Below are positions 41,123 through 50,178 of a stretch of DNA of 64,000 bases, piece by piece. The DNA comes from an uncultured Actinomycetes bacterium (GTDB lineage Bacteria > Actinomycetota > Thermoleophilia > Gaiellales > Gaiellaceae). Below the pieces are notes generated by a model that was not told the DNA's origin, ran no database searches, and saw only the letters and a program-made list of their open reading frames with translations. Location of the stretch: NCBI GenBank assembly GCA_963833655.1, contig CAWHYL010000003.1, forward strand, positions 160,100 to 224,099, given 5' to 3'. Position numbers and translations under genes: made by a program. How positions within the stretch are numbered: the stretch's first letter is position 1; each line of letters begins with the position of its first letter.

Positions 41123-41665
41123 TCAGGCGGGCGCGGAGCCACGCCAGAGGCGTGGGGCGACCCGCACATAGTCGAGCCCGGAGATCCACGTGAGCACCAG
41201 CGCGACGAGTAGCGCCCAGTAGGCGAAGTCGTCTCGCCAGGCGCCGGCCGCGGCGAAGCCGCCGATCGCCGCGGCGAGCGCCTGCGACCACGTCTTGAGC
41301 TTGCCGAGGTCGCGCGCGTGCAGGACGACGCCCCGTTCCAGCGCTGCGAGGCGCAGCGCGGTGACAAGGAACTCGCGGACGACGATCAGCGCGACCATCC
41401 ACCCCGGTGCGACCTGCTGGTCGACGAGCATGATCAGCACCGCGAGGACGAGGATCTTGTCCGCGGCCGGGTCGAGCAGCGAGCCGAGCTGCGACGAGCG
41501 CCCCCGGCTGCGGGCGATGCGCCCGTCGAACCAGTCCGTGGCCATCGCAGCCGCGAAGAGGGCCGTCGCCCAGTAGTTGTGACCGGGGAAATCCCAGGCG
41601 TAGAGAAGGATGACGAACGGGACCGAGGCCGCTCGGGCGACCGTCAACGCATCCGGAAGGCTCAC
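41123..41665 (-). CDS. pgsA: CDP-alcohol phosphatidyltransferase (PgsA-like)
   Basis: In-frame GTG 41665. Carries the motif D-x2-DG-x2-AR-x8-G-x3-D-x3-D (ATDWFDGRIARSRGRSSQLGSLLDPAADK). Confidence 0.85.
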   Translation of the reverse strand: MSLPDALTVARAASVPFVILLYAWDFPGHNYWATALFAAAMATDWFDGRIARSRGRSSQLGSLLDPAADKILVLAVLIMLVDQQVAPGWMVALIVVREFLVTALRLAALERGVVLHARDLGKLKTWSQALAAAIGGFAAAGAWRDDFAYWALLVALVLTWISGLDYVRVAPRLWRGSAPA

Positions 41666-41686
41666 CGTCTGGAGAATACGAGAGCA

Positions 41687-43441
41687 GTGGCCGCCTTCAG
41701 CAAAGTGCTGGTCGCCAACCGGGGCGAGATCGCGATCCGCGTGTTCCGCACGCTGCGCGAGCTCGGCATCGGCACCGTCGCTGTTTACGCCGAGGCCGAC
41801 CGCAGCTCCGCGCACGCCGCCTACGCCGAGGAGGCCTACGCGCTCGAGAGCTACCTGAACGTCGACGAGCTGCTCGCGGCGGCGCGCCGCGCGGGTGCGG
41901 AGGCGATTCACCCAGGTTACGGCTTCCTTGCCGAGAACGCGCCGTTCGCGCGTGCCTGCCTCGATGCGGGCATCGTCTGGATCGGCCCACCGCCCGACGC
42001 GATCGAGGCGATGGGGTCGAAGATCGAGGCGCGCGAGCGGATGCGCGCCGCGGGCGTGCCGATCGTCCCCGGCGTGACCGAGGCGGTGACGTCGGCCGAC
42101 GAGGTGCGCCGGCTCGGCGACGAGCTCGGCTGGCCGATCGCGATCAAGGCGTCGGCCGGCGGCGGCGGCAAAGGACTGAAGGTCGTGCGCAGCGCCGAGG
42201 AGGCGGGGCGCGCGCTCGAGTCGGCGCAGCGCGAGGGCGAGGCGTACTTCTCGGACGCGGCGGTGTACGTCGAGCGGTATCTCGAGGACCCGCGCCACGT
42301 GGAGGTGCAGGTGCTCGCCGACTCCACCGGCAACGTCATCCACCTCGGCGAGCGCGACTGCACGATCCAGCGCCGGCATCAGAAGCTCGTCGAGGAGACG
42401 CCGTCACCGGCGGTCGACGGCGAGCTCCGCGAGCGCATCGGCGCGATCGCCGTCGACGCCGCGCGCGCGGTCGGCTACCAGAGCGCCGGGACGATCGAGG
42501 GCCTGCTCTCGCGCGACGGCGAGTACTTCTTCCTCGAGATGAACACGCGCATCCAGGTGGAGCACACGGTGACCGAGCTCGTGACCGGGCTCGACCTCGT
42601 CCGCGAACAGGTGCTGATCGCCGCCGGTGAGCCGCTCTCGCTGCGGCAGGAGGACGTCCGCCTGAACGGGCACGCGATCGAGTGCCGGATCAACGCCGAG
42701 GACGTCGGCAACGGCTTCCTCCCGGCGCCGGGCACGATCACCGCGTACCGCGAGCCGAGCGGGCCCGGAGTCCGCGTCGATTCCGGCGTCGTCGCAGGCA
42801 GCGAGATCTCGCCGCTCTACGACCCGATGATCGCGAAGCTCGTCGTGCACGGCGTCGACCGTGAGCACGCGCGCCGGCGCATGCTGCGCGCGCTCGACGA
42901 GCTCGTCGTCGGCGGGGTGAAGACGCTGATCGGGTTTCACAAGGCGCTGCTCACGCACCCGTGCTTCATCGAGGGAGAGACGTGCCACGGCCTCGTCGAG
43001 TCCGAGCTCATGGCGGCGCGCGCAGCCGAGCTCGAGAACGGGCTCGCGAAAACCGAAGGGCTGGGGTCAGACCCCTATCGGGGTCAGACCCCCGCAGTTC
43101 GGGTTGTCGAAGTCGAGGGGAAACGCTTCGAGGTCCGCGTGCTCCGTCCCGAACCGCCCTGGGCCGAGCTCGCCCGGCGACGGCACGAGCGCAAGCGCGC
43201 GCGTGCCGGCGGCGGCGCCGGCAAGGACGCGGTCGTCAGCCCGATGCAGGGAACCGTGCTCGCGGTCGAGGTCGCAGAGGGCGACGAGGTGCAGGCGGGT
43301 CAGGTCATCTGCATCGTCGAGGCGATGAAGATGGAGAACGAGGTACATGCGCATCGCGCCGGCCGCGTCGCCGAGCTGTCGGTCGCGCCGGGGCAGCCGG
43401 TCAAGACGGGGCAGGTCGTCTGCGTCGTCAGCGGCGACTAG
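41687..43441 (+). CDS. Acetyl/propionyl-CoA carboxylase alpha subunit (biotin carboxylase plus C-terminal biotinyl carrier domain)
   Basis: In-frame GTG 41687. Shows KVLVANRGEIAIR, ATP-grasp GGGGKG, EMNTRIQVEH and the biotinylation motif EAMKMENEV. Confidence 0.92.
   Translation: MAAFSKVLVANRGEIAIRVFRTLRELGIGTVAVYAEADRSSAHAAYAEEAYALESYLNVDELLAAARRAGAEAIHPGYGFLAENAPFARACLDAGIVWIGPPPDAIEAMGSKIEARERMRAAGVPIVPGVTEAVTSADEVRRLGDELGWPIAIKASAGGGGKGLKVVRSAEEAGRALESAQREGEAYFSDAAVYVERYLEDPRHVEVQVLADSTGNVIHLGERDCTIQRRHQKLVEETPSPAVDGELRERIGAIAVDAARAVGYQSAGTIEGLLSRDGEYFFLEMNTRIQVEHTVTELVTGLDLVREQVLIAAGEPLSLRQEDVRLNGHAIECRINAEDVGNGFLPAPGTITAYREPSGPGVRVDSGVVAGSEISPLYDPMIAKLVVHGVDREHARRRMLRALDELVVGGVKTLIGFHKALLTHPCFIEGETCHGLVESELMAARAAELENGLAKTEGLGSDPYRGQTPAVRVVEVEGKRFEVRVLRPEPPWAELARRRHERKRARAGGGAGKDAVVSPMQGTVLAVEVAEGDEVQAGQVICIVEAMKMENEVHAHRAGRVAELSVAPGQPVKTGQVVCVVSGD
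43063..43093. repeat. GGGGTCAGACCCC pair located inside the carboxylase coding sequence
   Basis: GGGGTCAGACCCC-TATC-GGGGTCAGACCCCC followed by GCAGTTCG, the same module as the intergenic pairs. Translated in frame as GLGSDPYRGQTPAV. Confidence 0.8.
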
Positions 43442-44024
43442 CCGCTTCGACGAGCCGGCACATCAACCTCGCCGCCTCCTCCCGCGCGAGCCGCTGCTCC
43501 TGCGTCAGCGAGTACCACGTGGAGAATGCCAGCGCGTGGCCGATCGCCGCGCGCGTCCGTTGCGTCGGCCGCCCGCGCCCGGCCAGCAGCACCTCGCGTG
43601 CCGAGCGGAGATACGCATGGAAGTCGGCCAGCCGCTTCGCGACGCTCGGGACGAGCGTCTCGTCGCGGAGGAGGCTCTCGTACATCCGGTGCGTCCGCCC
43701 GTAGAACGCGTAGAGCTCGCGGAGCGCCGTTGCCGTCCGCGCGGTCGGATCCTCGATCGCCGCCCAGGCGGCCGGCTCGGGCGGCGGGTTCTGCGCGCGG
43801 AAGTGAGCGGAGCAGGCGGCGAACAGCGCGTCGTCGTCCGGGAAGTGGCGGTAGACCGTCGAGCGCCGGACACCCGCGAGCTCCGCGATGGCGCTGACCG
43901 ACGTCTGTGCCGGGCCGAGCTGCTCGTGCAGCGCGACTGCACTCTCCGTGATCCGCCGCCGTGTCTCCTCCTCCAGCTCGGCACGGCGCTTCATCCGGTA
44001 GGGGCGCTTTTGATCGGACATCAC
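43428..44024 (-). CDS. TetR-family transcriptional regulator
   Basis: ORF 43428..44024 has an N-terminal helix-turn-helix (ETRRRITESAVALHEQLGPAQTSVSAIAELAGVRRSTVYRHF). It is divergent from the cupin gene. Confidence 0.88.
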   Translation of the reverse strand: MMSDQKRPYRMKRRAELEEETRRRITESAVALHEQLGPAQTSVSAIAELAGVRRSTVYRHFPDDDALFAACSAHFRAQNPPPEPAAWAAIEDPTARTATALRELYAFYGRTHRMYESLLRDETLVPSVAKRLADFHAYLRSAREVLLAGRGRPTQRTRAAIGHALAFSTWYSLTQEQRLAREEAARLMCRLVEAASRR

Positions 44025-44101
44025 GTCTCTTCAATATTGACACACGCGCCGGAGTCTGCATAGATTTCGTGCGACATCATGTCCGATCAAAGGAGAAAGC
44101 G

Positions 44102-44632
44102 ATGCAACTGACAGCCGCAGCTCCCAGAACCATCTCGCCGACGGAGGGGGCCGAGGGCTTCCTCGGCAGCATCGGCGTCCGCTTCCTGATCGACGGAGCG
44201 GACGCAGCAGAGCGGTTCTCGCTCGTCGAGCATCCGATGTCGCCACGGGCGCTCGCGGCGCCGCTGCATCTGCACACGCGCGAAGACGAGTACAGCTTCG
44301 TGCTCGAAGGACGCATGGGCGCGCTGCTCGGCGACGACGTCGTCGAGGCCGGCCCCGGCGATCTCGTCTTCAAGCCGCGCAACCAATGGCACACGTTCTG
44401 GAACGCCGGCGACGAGCCGTGCCGGATCCTCGAGATCATCGCGCCGGCCGGGTTCGAGCGGTTCTTCCGCGAGCTCTCCGACATGGGCGGCGCCCTCAGC
44501 GCCGATCCCGCGGAGCTCGCCACCCTCAACGGCCGCTACGGGCTCGAGATGCAACCGGAGACGGTTCCCGACCTGCTCCAGCGCTTCGGGCTGCAGATCG
44601 GCGAGCCGCTCCGCGGCGGCTGGAAGCCGTAA
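44102..44632 (+). CDS. Cupin-domain protein
   Basis: In-frame ATG 44102 follows the SD AAAGGAGAA. Cupin motifs are H.H..EDE.....G and P....H.F.N. Confidence 0.75.
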   Translation: MQLTAAAPRTISPTEGAEGFLGSIGVRFLIDGADAAERFSLVEHPMSPRALAAPLHLHTREDEYSFVLEGRMGALLGDDVVEAGPGDLVFKPRNQWHTFWNAGDEPCRILEIIAPAGFERFFRELSDMGGALSADPAELATLNGRYGLEMQPETVPDLLQRFGLQIGEPLRGGWKP

Positions 44633-44682
44633 CGCCGACTGCACCGTTCCGCGGCCGCGCGTGAGTACACTCGCGCGCGGCC

Positions 44683-45825
44683 GTGGATCTCTACGAGTAC
44701 CAAGGCAAGGAGCTGTTCAGGCGCTTCGGGCTTCCCGTTTCGGAGGGACGGCTCGCGACGACGCCGGACGAGGCGCGCGCGGCCGCGGCGGCGCTCGGCG
44801 GGCCGGTCGTCGTCAAGGCGCAGGTACTCACGGGCGGCCGCGGGAAGGCCGGCGGCGTCAAGCTCGCCGGCGATCCCGACGACGCACGCGCCAAGGCGGA
44901 CGACATTCTCGGTCTCGACATCAACGGCCACGTCGTGCGCAGGCTCTGGATCGAGCGCGCATCGGACATCGCGAAGGAGTACTACCTCTCGATCACGTTC
45001 GACCGCGGCGTCAAGCAGCCGCTGTACATGCTGACGACGGAGGGCGGCGTCGAGATCGAGCAGGTCGCCGACGAGAAGCCGGAGGCGCTCGCGCGCCTCC
45101 ACGTCGATCCACTCGAGGGCTTTCAGCCGTACCAGGCCCGGCGCCTCATCTACGGCGCAGGGATCGACGATCCGAGCGAGCAGAAGCAGGTGCTCGCGAT
45201 CGTCGAGAAGCTGTACCGCTGCTTCGTCGAGTCCGACGCGATGCTGACGGAGATCAACCCGCTCATCGTCACGCCCGACGGCGAGGTGCGCGCGCTCGAC
45301 TCGAAGTTCACGGTCGACGACAGCGCGCTCTTCCGCCATCCGGACATCGCGGAGATGCGCGATGTCGCCGCGGCCGACCCGCAGGAGGCCCTCGCCCGCG
45401 AGAAGGGCGTCACGTACGTGAAGCTCGACGGGACGGTCGGGATCCTCGGCAACGGCGCCGGGCTCTCGATGTCGACCGTCGACGTGGTCGTGGTGGCGGG
45501 CGGACGGCCGGCGAACTTCTGCGACCTCGGCGGCGGCGGTGACGCGCAGGGCGTGGTCGACGCACTCGAGGTGATCACGAGCGACGACCAGGTTCGCTCG
45601 ATCTTCTTCAACATCTTCGGCGGGATCACGCGCTGCGACGAGGTCGCGCGCGGCATCCTGACTGCGCTCGACCAGATGAAGATCGAGCTGCCCATCGTCG
45701 TCCGCCTGGACGGCACGAACTCGGAGGAGGGACGGCAGATCCTCGCCGCTGCCGCGCCGACGAATCTCTACGTCGAGCCGACCATGCTCGAGGCGGCGCA
45801 GCGCGCGGTGGAGCTCGCGAGTTGA
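44683..45825 (+). CDS. sucC: Succinate--CoA ligase (ADP-forming) beta subunit
   Basis: ORF 44683..45825 shows DLYEYQGKELF, VVKAQVLTGGRGKAGGVK, INPL, GNGAGL.M.T.D and FGGI.RCD. Confidence 0.95.
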   Translation: MDLYEYQGKELFRRFGLPVSEGRLATTPDEARAAAAALGGPVVVKAQVLTGGRGKAGGVKLAGDPDDARAKADDILGLDINGHVVRRLWIERASDIAKEYYLSITFDRGVKQPLYMLTTEGGVEIEQVADEKPEALARLHVDPLEGFQPYQARRLIYGAGIDDPSEQKQVLAIVEKLYRCFVESDAMLTEINPLIVTPDGEVRALDSKFTVDDSALFRHPDIAEMRDVAAADPQEALAREKGVTYVKLDGTVGILGNGAGLSMSTVDVVVVAGGRPANFCDLGGGGDAQGVVDALEVITSDDQVRSIFFNIFGGITRCDEVARGILTALDQMKIELPIVVRLDGTNSEEGRQILAAAAPTNLYVEPTMLEAAQRAVELAS

Positions 45826-46475
45826 CGGACGTCTGGTCGCAGCGCGCGGACGCCTTCCGTGAGAGCCCGACGCATCGCGAGGGGCCAGACCTCGACCTGC
45901 TCGTCGAGTGGTGCGAGCCGGGCGACGGCGCGAAGGTGCTCGACGTCGCGACCGGCGGTGGCCACGTCGCCCGCCGGCTCCGCGGGGAAGGCTGCACCGT
46001 CGTCACGGTGGATCCTGCGCCTGGGATGAAGGCCGACGTCGTTGCGCCGGCCGATCACCTGCCGTTCCAGGACGGCAGCTTCGACGTCGTCACGTGCCGG
46101 ATCGCGGCGCACCATTTCCCGGACGTCGCCGCCGCCGTCGCGGAGATGGCACGTGTGAGCAACCGCCTGCTCGTGATCGAGGACAACGTGTTCCGCGGCG
46201 AGCACGTCGAGGAGGCCGAGCGTCTGCGCGACCCGACGCACGTGCGCTGCTACTCGCAGGACGAGTGGAAGAGCTTCATCGCGGACGCGGGCTTCGAGGT
46301 CGAGCAGGTCGAGAACTTCTCGCGCCGGCAGAGCGTCGACCGCTGGCTGGAACGCGTCGAGACGCCCGCGGCCGACGCTGCGCGCGTTCGCGAGCTGCTC
46401 GCCGACCGGATCGACGATAACGGCATGGTCGAGCTGAGCTCGATCGTGCTGAAGGCACGGAGGAGCCAGAAGTAG
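45822..46475 (+). CDS. Class I SAM-dependent methyltransferase (Methyltransf_11-like) inserted between sucC and sucD
   Basis: TTG 45822 overlaps the sucC stop (TTGA) and its stop overlaps the sucD GTG (TAGTG). SAM motif I is VLDVATGGG and motif II is FDVVTC. Confidence 0.8.
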   Translation: MTDVWSQRADAFRESPTHREGPDLDLLVEWCEPGDGAKVLDVATGGGHVARRLRGEGCTVVTVDPAPGMKADVVAPADHLPFQDGSFDVVTCRIAAHHFPDVAAAVAEMARVSNRLLVIEDNVFRGEHVEEAERLRDPTHVRCYSQDEWKSFIADAGFEVEQVENFSRRQSVDRWLERVETPAADAARVRELLADRIDDNGMVELSSIVLKARRSQK

Positions 46476-47356
46476 TGGCGATCATCGTCGACAACGACAC
46501 GCGGCTCGTCGTCCAGGGCCTGACGGGAAGCGAAGGCCGCTTTCACGGCCTGCGCAACCGCAACTACGGTACGAACGTGGTTGCGGGCGTGACGCCTGGC
46601 AAGGGGGGCCAGGACGTCGAGGGGATCCCGGTGTTCGACACCGTCGCCGACGCGGTCGGCGAAGCGGGTGCGAACACGACCCTGATCTTCGTCCCCGCGC
46701 GCTTTGCGACAGATGCCGTGTACGAGGCGGTCGACGCCGGCATCGGGACGGTGATCTGCATCACCGAGCACATCCCGGCGCACGACATGCTGCGTGTCTA
46801 CACATACATCCGCGGCAAGGGTGTCACGATGATCGGCCCCAACTGCCCCGGCGTCCTCTCGCCCGGCAAGGCCAACGTCGGGATCATCCCGGCAGAGATC
46901 TTCTCCGAAGGCGCGATCGGCCTCGTGTCGCGGTCCGGGACACTGACGTACCAGATCGGGCACGAGCTGACGCAGCTCGGCCTCGGCAACTCGACGATCG
47001 TCGGCATCGGCGGCGACCCCGTGGTCGGCTCGTCGTTCATCGACATCCTCGAGCGCTTCGAGGCCGACCCCGAAACGGAGCTGATCGTCCTCGTCGGCGA
47101 GATCGGCGGCGACGAGGAGGAGAAGGCGGCCCGCTACGTGCAGGAGAGCGTGACGAAGCCTGTGCTCGCGTACATCGCCGGCTTCTCGGCGCCGCCGGGG
47201 AAGACGATGGGGCACGCCGGCGCGATCATCTCGGGCTCCGCGGGGACGGCGCAGGCGAAGAAGGAAGCGCTGGAGGCCGCCGGCATCCAGGTCGGCACGA
47301 CGCCGACCGAGGTCGCGCAACTGGTCGCCGAGCGCTTCGGCGCGCGCACCACTTAA
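46475..47356 (+). CDS. sucD: Succinate--CoA ligase alpha subunit
   Basis: ORF 46475..47356 shows [28 protein letters not shown] and the GHAGAII phosphohistidine loop. Confidence 0.95.
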   Translation: MAIIVDNDTRLVVQGLTGSEGRFHGLRNRNYGTNVVAGVTPGKGGQDVEGIPVFDTVADAVGEAGANTTLIFVPARFATDAVYEAVDAGIGTVICITEHIPAHDMLRVYTYIRGKGVTMIGPNCPGVLSPGKANVGIIPAEIFSEGAIGLVSRSGTLTYQIGHELTQLGLGNSTIVGIGGDPVVGSSFIDILERFEADPETELIVLVGEIGGDEEEKAARYVQESVTKPVLAYIAGFSAPPGKTMGHAGAIISGSAGTAQAKKEALEAAGIQVGTTPTEVAQLVAERFGARTT

Positions 47357-47392
47357 AGAATCTTTATCTCCGCCGCGTAGGCTCGCCGATCG

Positions 47393-48838
47393 GTGCGACC
47401 CCTCCTCGCGCTCTGCGGCATCGCTCTTGTCCTCTGCGCCCCGGCGGCCGGGTCGACGGGTAGCGACCCGAACTCGTGGACGAGCTACGGGTTCGACAAC
47501 CAGCTCAGCAACGGGTTCCCGAGCGGCACCTTCACGCTGAAAGCGGTCACGGACATGCGGCTTGCGTGGTCACACCAGCTCGACGGACCTGTCTTCGCGT
47601 CTCCGTTGTCCGCCAACGTCGGCGGCGTGCAGCTCGTCTTCGCCGCGACCGAGAACGGCAGCGTCTACGCGATCCACGCCGGCAGCGGCAACGTCGCCTG
47701 GCAGCGCGAGCTCGGTGCGGTCGAGACACCGCAGTGCGGCCGCTGGGGCATCACCTCGACGGGGGCCATCGACCTCGCTCGGAGTGTCCTCTACGTCGTC
47801 AACGCCGACGGGCTGCTGCACGCACTCGACCTCGCGACCGGCGCCGAGAAGGCGGGGTACCCGCTCGTCGTCGTACCGAACAATCTCTACGAATACGTCT
47901 GGGGCGGCCTGCGCATCGCGAACGACCACCTCTACATCGGCGTCGCGTCGTACTGCGACGTCGGGCCGCCCGGCGGCCCGATGCCCGAGGGCCGCCTGAT
48001 CTCGATCCCCCTTGCCTCGCCGGGCGAGGCGGCGGTCTGGGATCCCGTTCCGGGCCCTGGGAACATGGGCGGCATGTGGGGCTGGGGCGGAGTCTCGGTC
48101 GACCCGACGAACGGACACGTCTTCACGGCCACCGGCAATTCGTATGCGCTTTCGCCGGAGTGCAACTGCTACGTCGACAACGCCGGTTACGGCGACCACG
48201 TCGTCGCGCTCGCCCCGGACCTTTCATCGGTCCTGGGCTCCGACGATCCCGGCATTCCGGAGACGGGCGACTCGGACTTCGGTGCTGCGCCCCTCCTGTT
48301 CCATCCGACCGCCTGTCCGGCGCTCGCCGCGGCGAACAACAAGGACGGCGCGCTCTATGTCTGGAACCGCAACCGGCTCTCCGACGGCCCGATCCTGAGG
48401 CTGCCGCTCGGCGACGGCCAGGCCGCGTTCGTGGGCTCGCCCGGCTGGTCGGAGACGAAGCAGATGGTCTACGTGGCGCAGTCCGTGATCAGGGCGGACG
48501 GGCAGCGGCTCGGCAACGGCGTCACCGCCTGGCATGTCGACCCGGGCTGTGGCTTCCGGCCGATCTGGCAGGTGGCACTCGGCGACGGCAACCAGGCGAC
48601 GCCGGTCGTGCTGGGCAACGTGCTCTTCGCGACCGGAGGCAAGCCGGGCGGGTTCTACGCGCTGGACGCCGCGAACGGCACCAAGCTGTGGAGCTTCGCG
48701 ACGCCCGGCCGAACGGTCGCAGGGATGACGAGCGCTGCCGGACAGCTCTACGGTGCCGACGCCTCCGGCGTCGTGTACGCGTTCCGGACGCCGCGGCCCA
48801 TCGGCCGGTCGTGCACGCTCGGCTGCCTGCGCAGCTAG
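47393..48838 (+). CDS. Secreted PQQ-like/BamB-like beta-propeller repeat protein
   Basis: ORF 47393..48838 has a signal peptide. Repeated motifs include G.VYA....G...W, LHALD..TG and FYALDAANGTKLW. Confidence 0.75.
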   Translation: MRPLLALCGIALVLCAPAAGSTGSDPNSWTSYGFDNQLSNGFPSGTFTLKAVTDMRLAWSHQLDGPVFASPLSANVGGVQLVFAATENGSVYAIHAGSGNVAWQRELGAVETPQCGRWGITSTGAIDLARSVLYVVNADGLLHALDLATGAEKAGYPLVVVPNNLYEYVWGGLRIANDHLYIGVASYCDVGPPGGPMPEGRLISIPLASPGEAAVWDPVPGPGNMGGMWGWGGVSVDPTNGHVFTATGNSYALSPECNCYVDNAGYGDHVVALAPDLSSVLGSDDPGIPETGDSDFGAAPLLFHPTACPALAAANNKDGALYVWNRNRLSDGPILRLPLGDGQAAFVGSPGWSETKQMVYVAQSVIRADGQRLGNGVTAWHVDPGCGFRPIWQVALGDGNQATPVVLGNVLFATGGKPGGFYALDAANGTKLWSFATPGRTVAGMTSAAGQLYGADASGVVYAFRTPRPIGRSCTLGCLRS

Positions 48839-48867
48839 GGATCTGACCCCGCCTCTACACTCGGGGC

Positions 48868-49956
48868 ATGGACACGATCTCGCTCGCGCGCGGCGTGCCG
48901 GCGCCGGAGTGCATCCCCGTCGGGGAGCTCGCCGACTGCGCCCGCGCGGCGATCGACCGCGACGGCACGACCGTCCTCTCCTACGGGCCGGTCGGCGGCT
49001 ATGCGCCGCTGCGGGAGTGGATCGCGGAGCGGCACGCCGTCGACCCGTCGCGGGTGCTCGTCACCAACGGGTCGCTGCAGGGGCTCGCGTTCCTGGCCGA
49101 CCGCTTCGCCGGAGCGCGCGTTCTCGTCGAGCGGCCGACGTACGACCGCCCGCTGAAGCTGCTCGCCGCGCGCGGCGCCGACGTCACGGCGGTGACGATG
49201 GACGACGACGGGCTCGACGTCGACGCCCTCGAGCAGGCGCTCGACGACGGCCCGAAGCCGGCGTTCCTCTACACCATTCCGACGTTCCAGAACCCGAGCG
49301 GCCGCACGCTCGGCACCGAGCGGCGCAAGCGACTGGTCGAGCTGGCTCGAGAGCGCGACCTGCTCGTGCTCGAGGACGATCCATACGGCCTCGTCCGCTA
49401 CGAGGGTGAGCCGCCGCCCACGCTGTTCGAGCTCGACGGCGGCGAGCACGTCGTCTACTCCTCGTCGTTCTCGAAGACGGTCGCGCCGGGGCTGCGGGTC
49501 GGGTACTTCGTCCTGCCGCCGGCGCTCGACGCGGAGCTCGAGGCTCTGGCCGTCTCCACGTACATCACGCCGGTGCTGCTCGGCCAGGCGACGGTCTACG
49601 AGTTCCTGCGGCGCGGCAATTTCGACTCGAACCTCGAGCGCGTCCGCGGGCTCTTGCGCGTTCGGCGCGACGCGATGCTCGGGGCCCTCGAGGAGGAGCT
49701 ACCTGACGCGACGTGGAGCCGCCCGGAAGGCGGCTACTTCATCTGGCTCGAGCTCGACCGCGAGGTCGAGGACGTGCCGGGCGTGAGCTTCGTCAAGGGA
49801 ACGGACTTCGGTGCCGCGCCGAACACGGCGCGGCTCGCGTTCAGCTACGTGTCGCCCGAGGAGATCCGCGAGGGGATCAGACGGCTGAGCGAAGCGGGCG
49901 CGGGACCAGGCGCGGCTGCCGCGGCGGCACCAGCGAGCCGCGGCTATGCAGCCTGA
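48868..49956 (+). CDS. PLP-dependent aminotransferase, class I/II (2-aminoadipate/LysN-like)
   Basis: ORF 48868..49956 shows ISLARG.P, Y....G, TNGS.QGL, P.FQNPSG, EDDPYG and the PLP-lysine motif SSFSKT.APGLR.G. Confidence 0.85.
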   Translation: MDTISLARGVPAPECIPVGELADCARAAIDRDGTTVLSYGPVGGYAPLREWIAERHAVDPSRVLVTNGSLQGLAFLADRFAGARVLVERPTYDRPLKLLAARGADVTAVTMDDDGLDVDALEQALDDGPKPAFLYTIPTFQNPSGRTLGTERRKRLVELARERDLLVLEDDPYGLVRYEGEPPPTLFELDGGEHVVYSSSFSKTVAPGLRVGYFVLPPALDAELEALAVSTYITPVLLGQATVYEFLRRGNFDSNLERVRGLLRVRRDAMLGALEEELPDATWSRPEGGYFIWLELDREVEDVPGVSFVKGTDFGAAPNTARLAFSYVSPEEIREGIRRLSEAGAGPGAAAAAAPASRGYAA

Positions 49957-50178
49957 AGGTCGGGCACGGCGAATCCGTGGGCAGCGCGCAGAGCCCGGCG
50001 CGCCGGAAGTAGCAGTCGTCGCACGTCTGTTGGGTCCGCTTGCTCAATTGCTCCTACCTGCCTCGGAGGGGCCGCAGTGACAAGCGGGGATACTACGAGG
50101 GCAGCCGCGAGAGACAAGAGTTGCCGCCGCTGAAAACTACGCATTTTCCTGCAGTTTCGAAACTGCCGAAAACTGCCT

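Noticed and set aside
41048-41209. 53-aa plus-strand ORF MAVEITPEPSDEERKAILAALAAED..., reminiscent of acyl-CoA carboxylase epsilon subunits.
   Set aside because: It has no SD, overlaps the 3' end of pgsA by 87 nt in convergent orientation, and is not adjacent to a carboxyltransferase gene. The resemblance rests on an Ala/Glu-rich segment that arises easily in GC-rich frames.
49944-50144. 66-aa ORF with a twin-arginine-like signal peptide, considered as a real secreted mini-protein or RiPP precursor.
   Set aside because: Codon third positions are far less GC-biased than in genuine genes of this window. The SD spacing is too short (AGGA-AA-ATG), and the ORF overlaps the aminotransferase 3' end. 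The region is kept only as part of the low-GC spacer finding.
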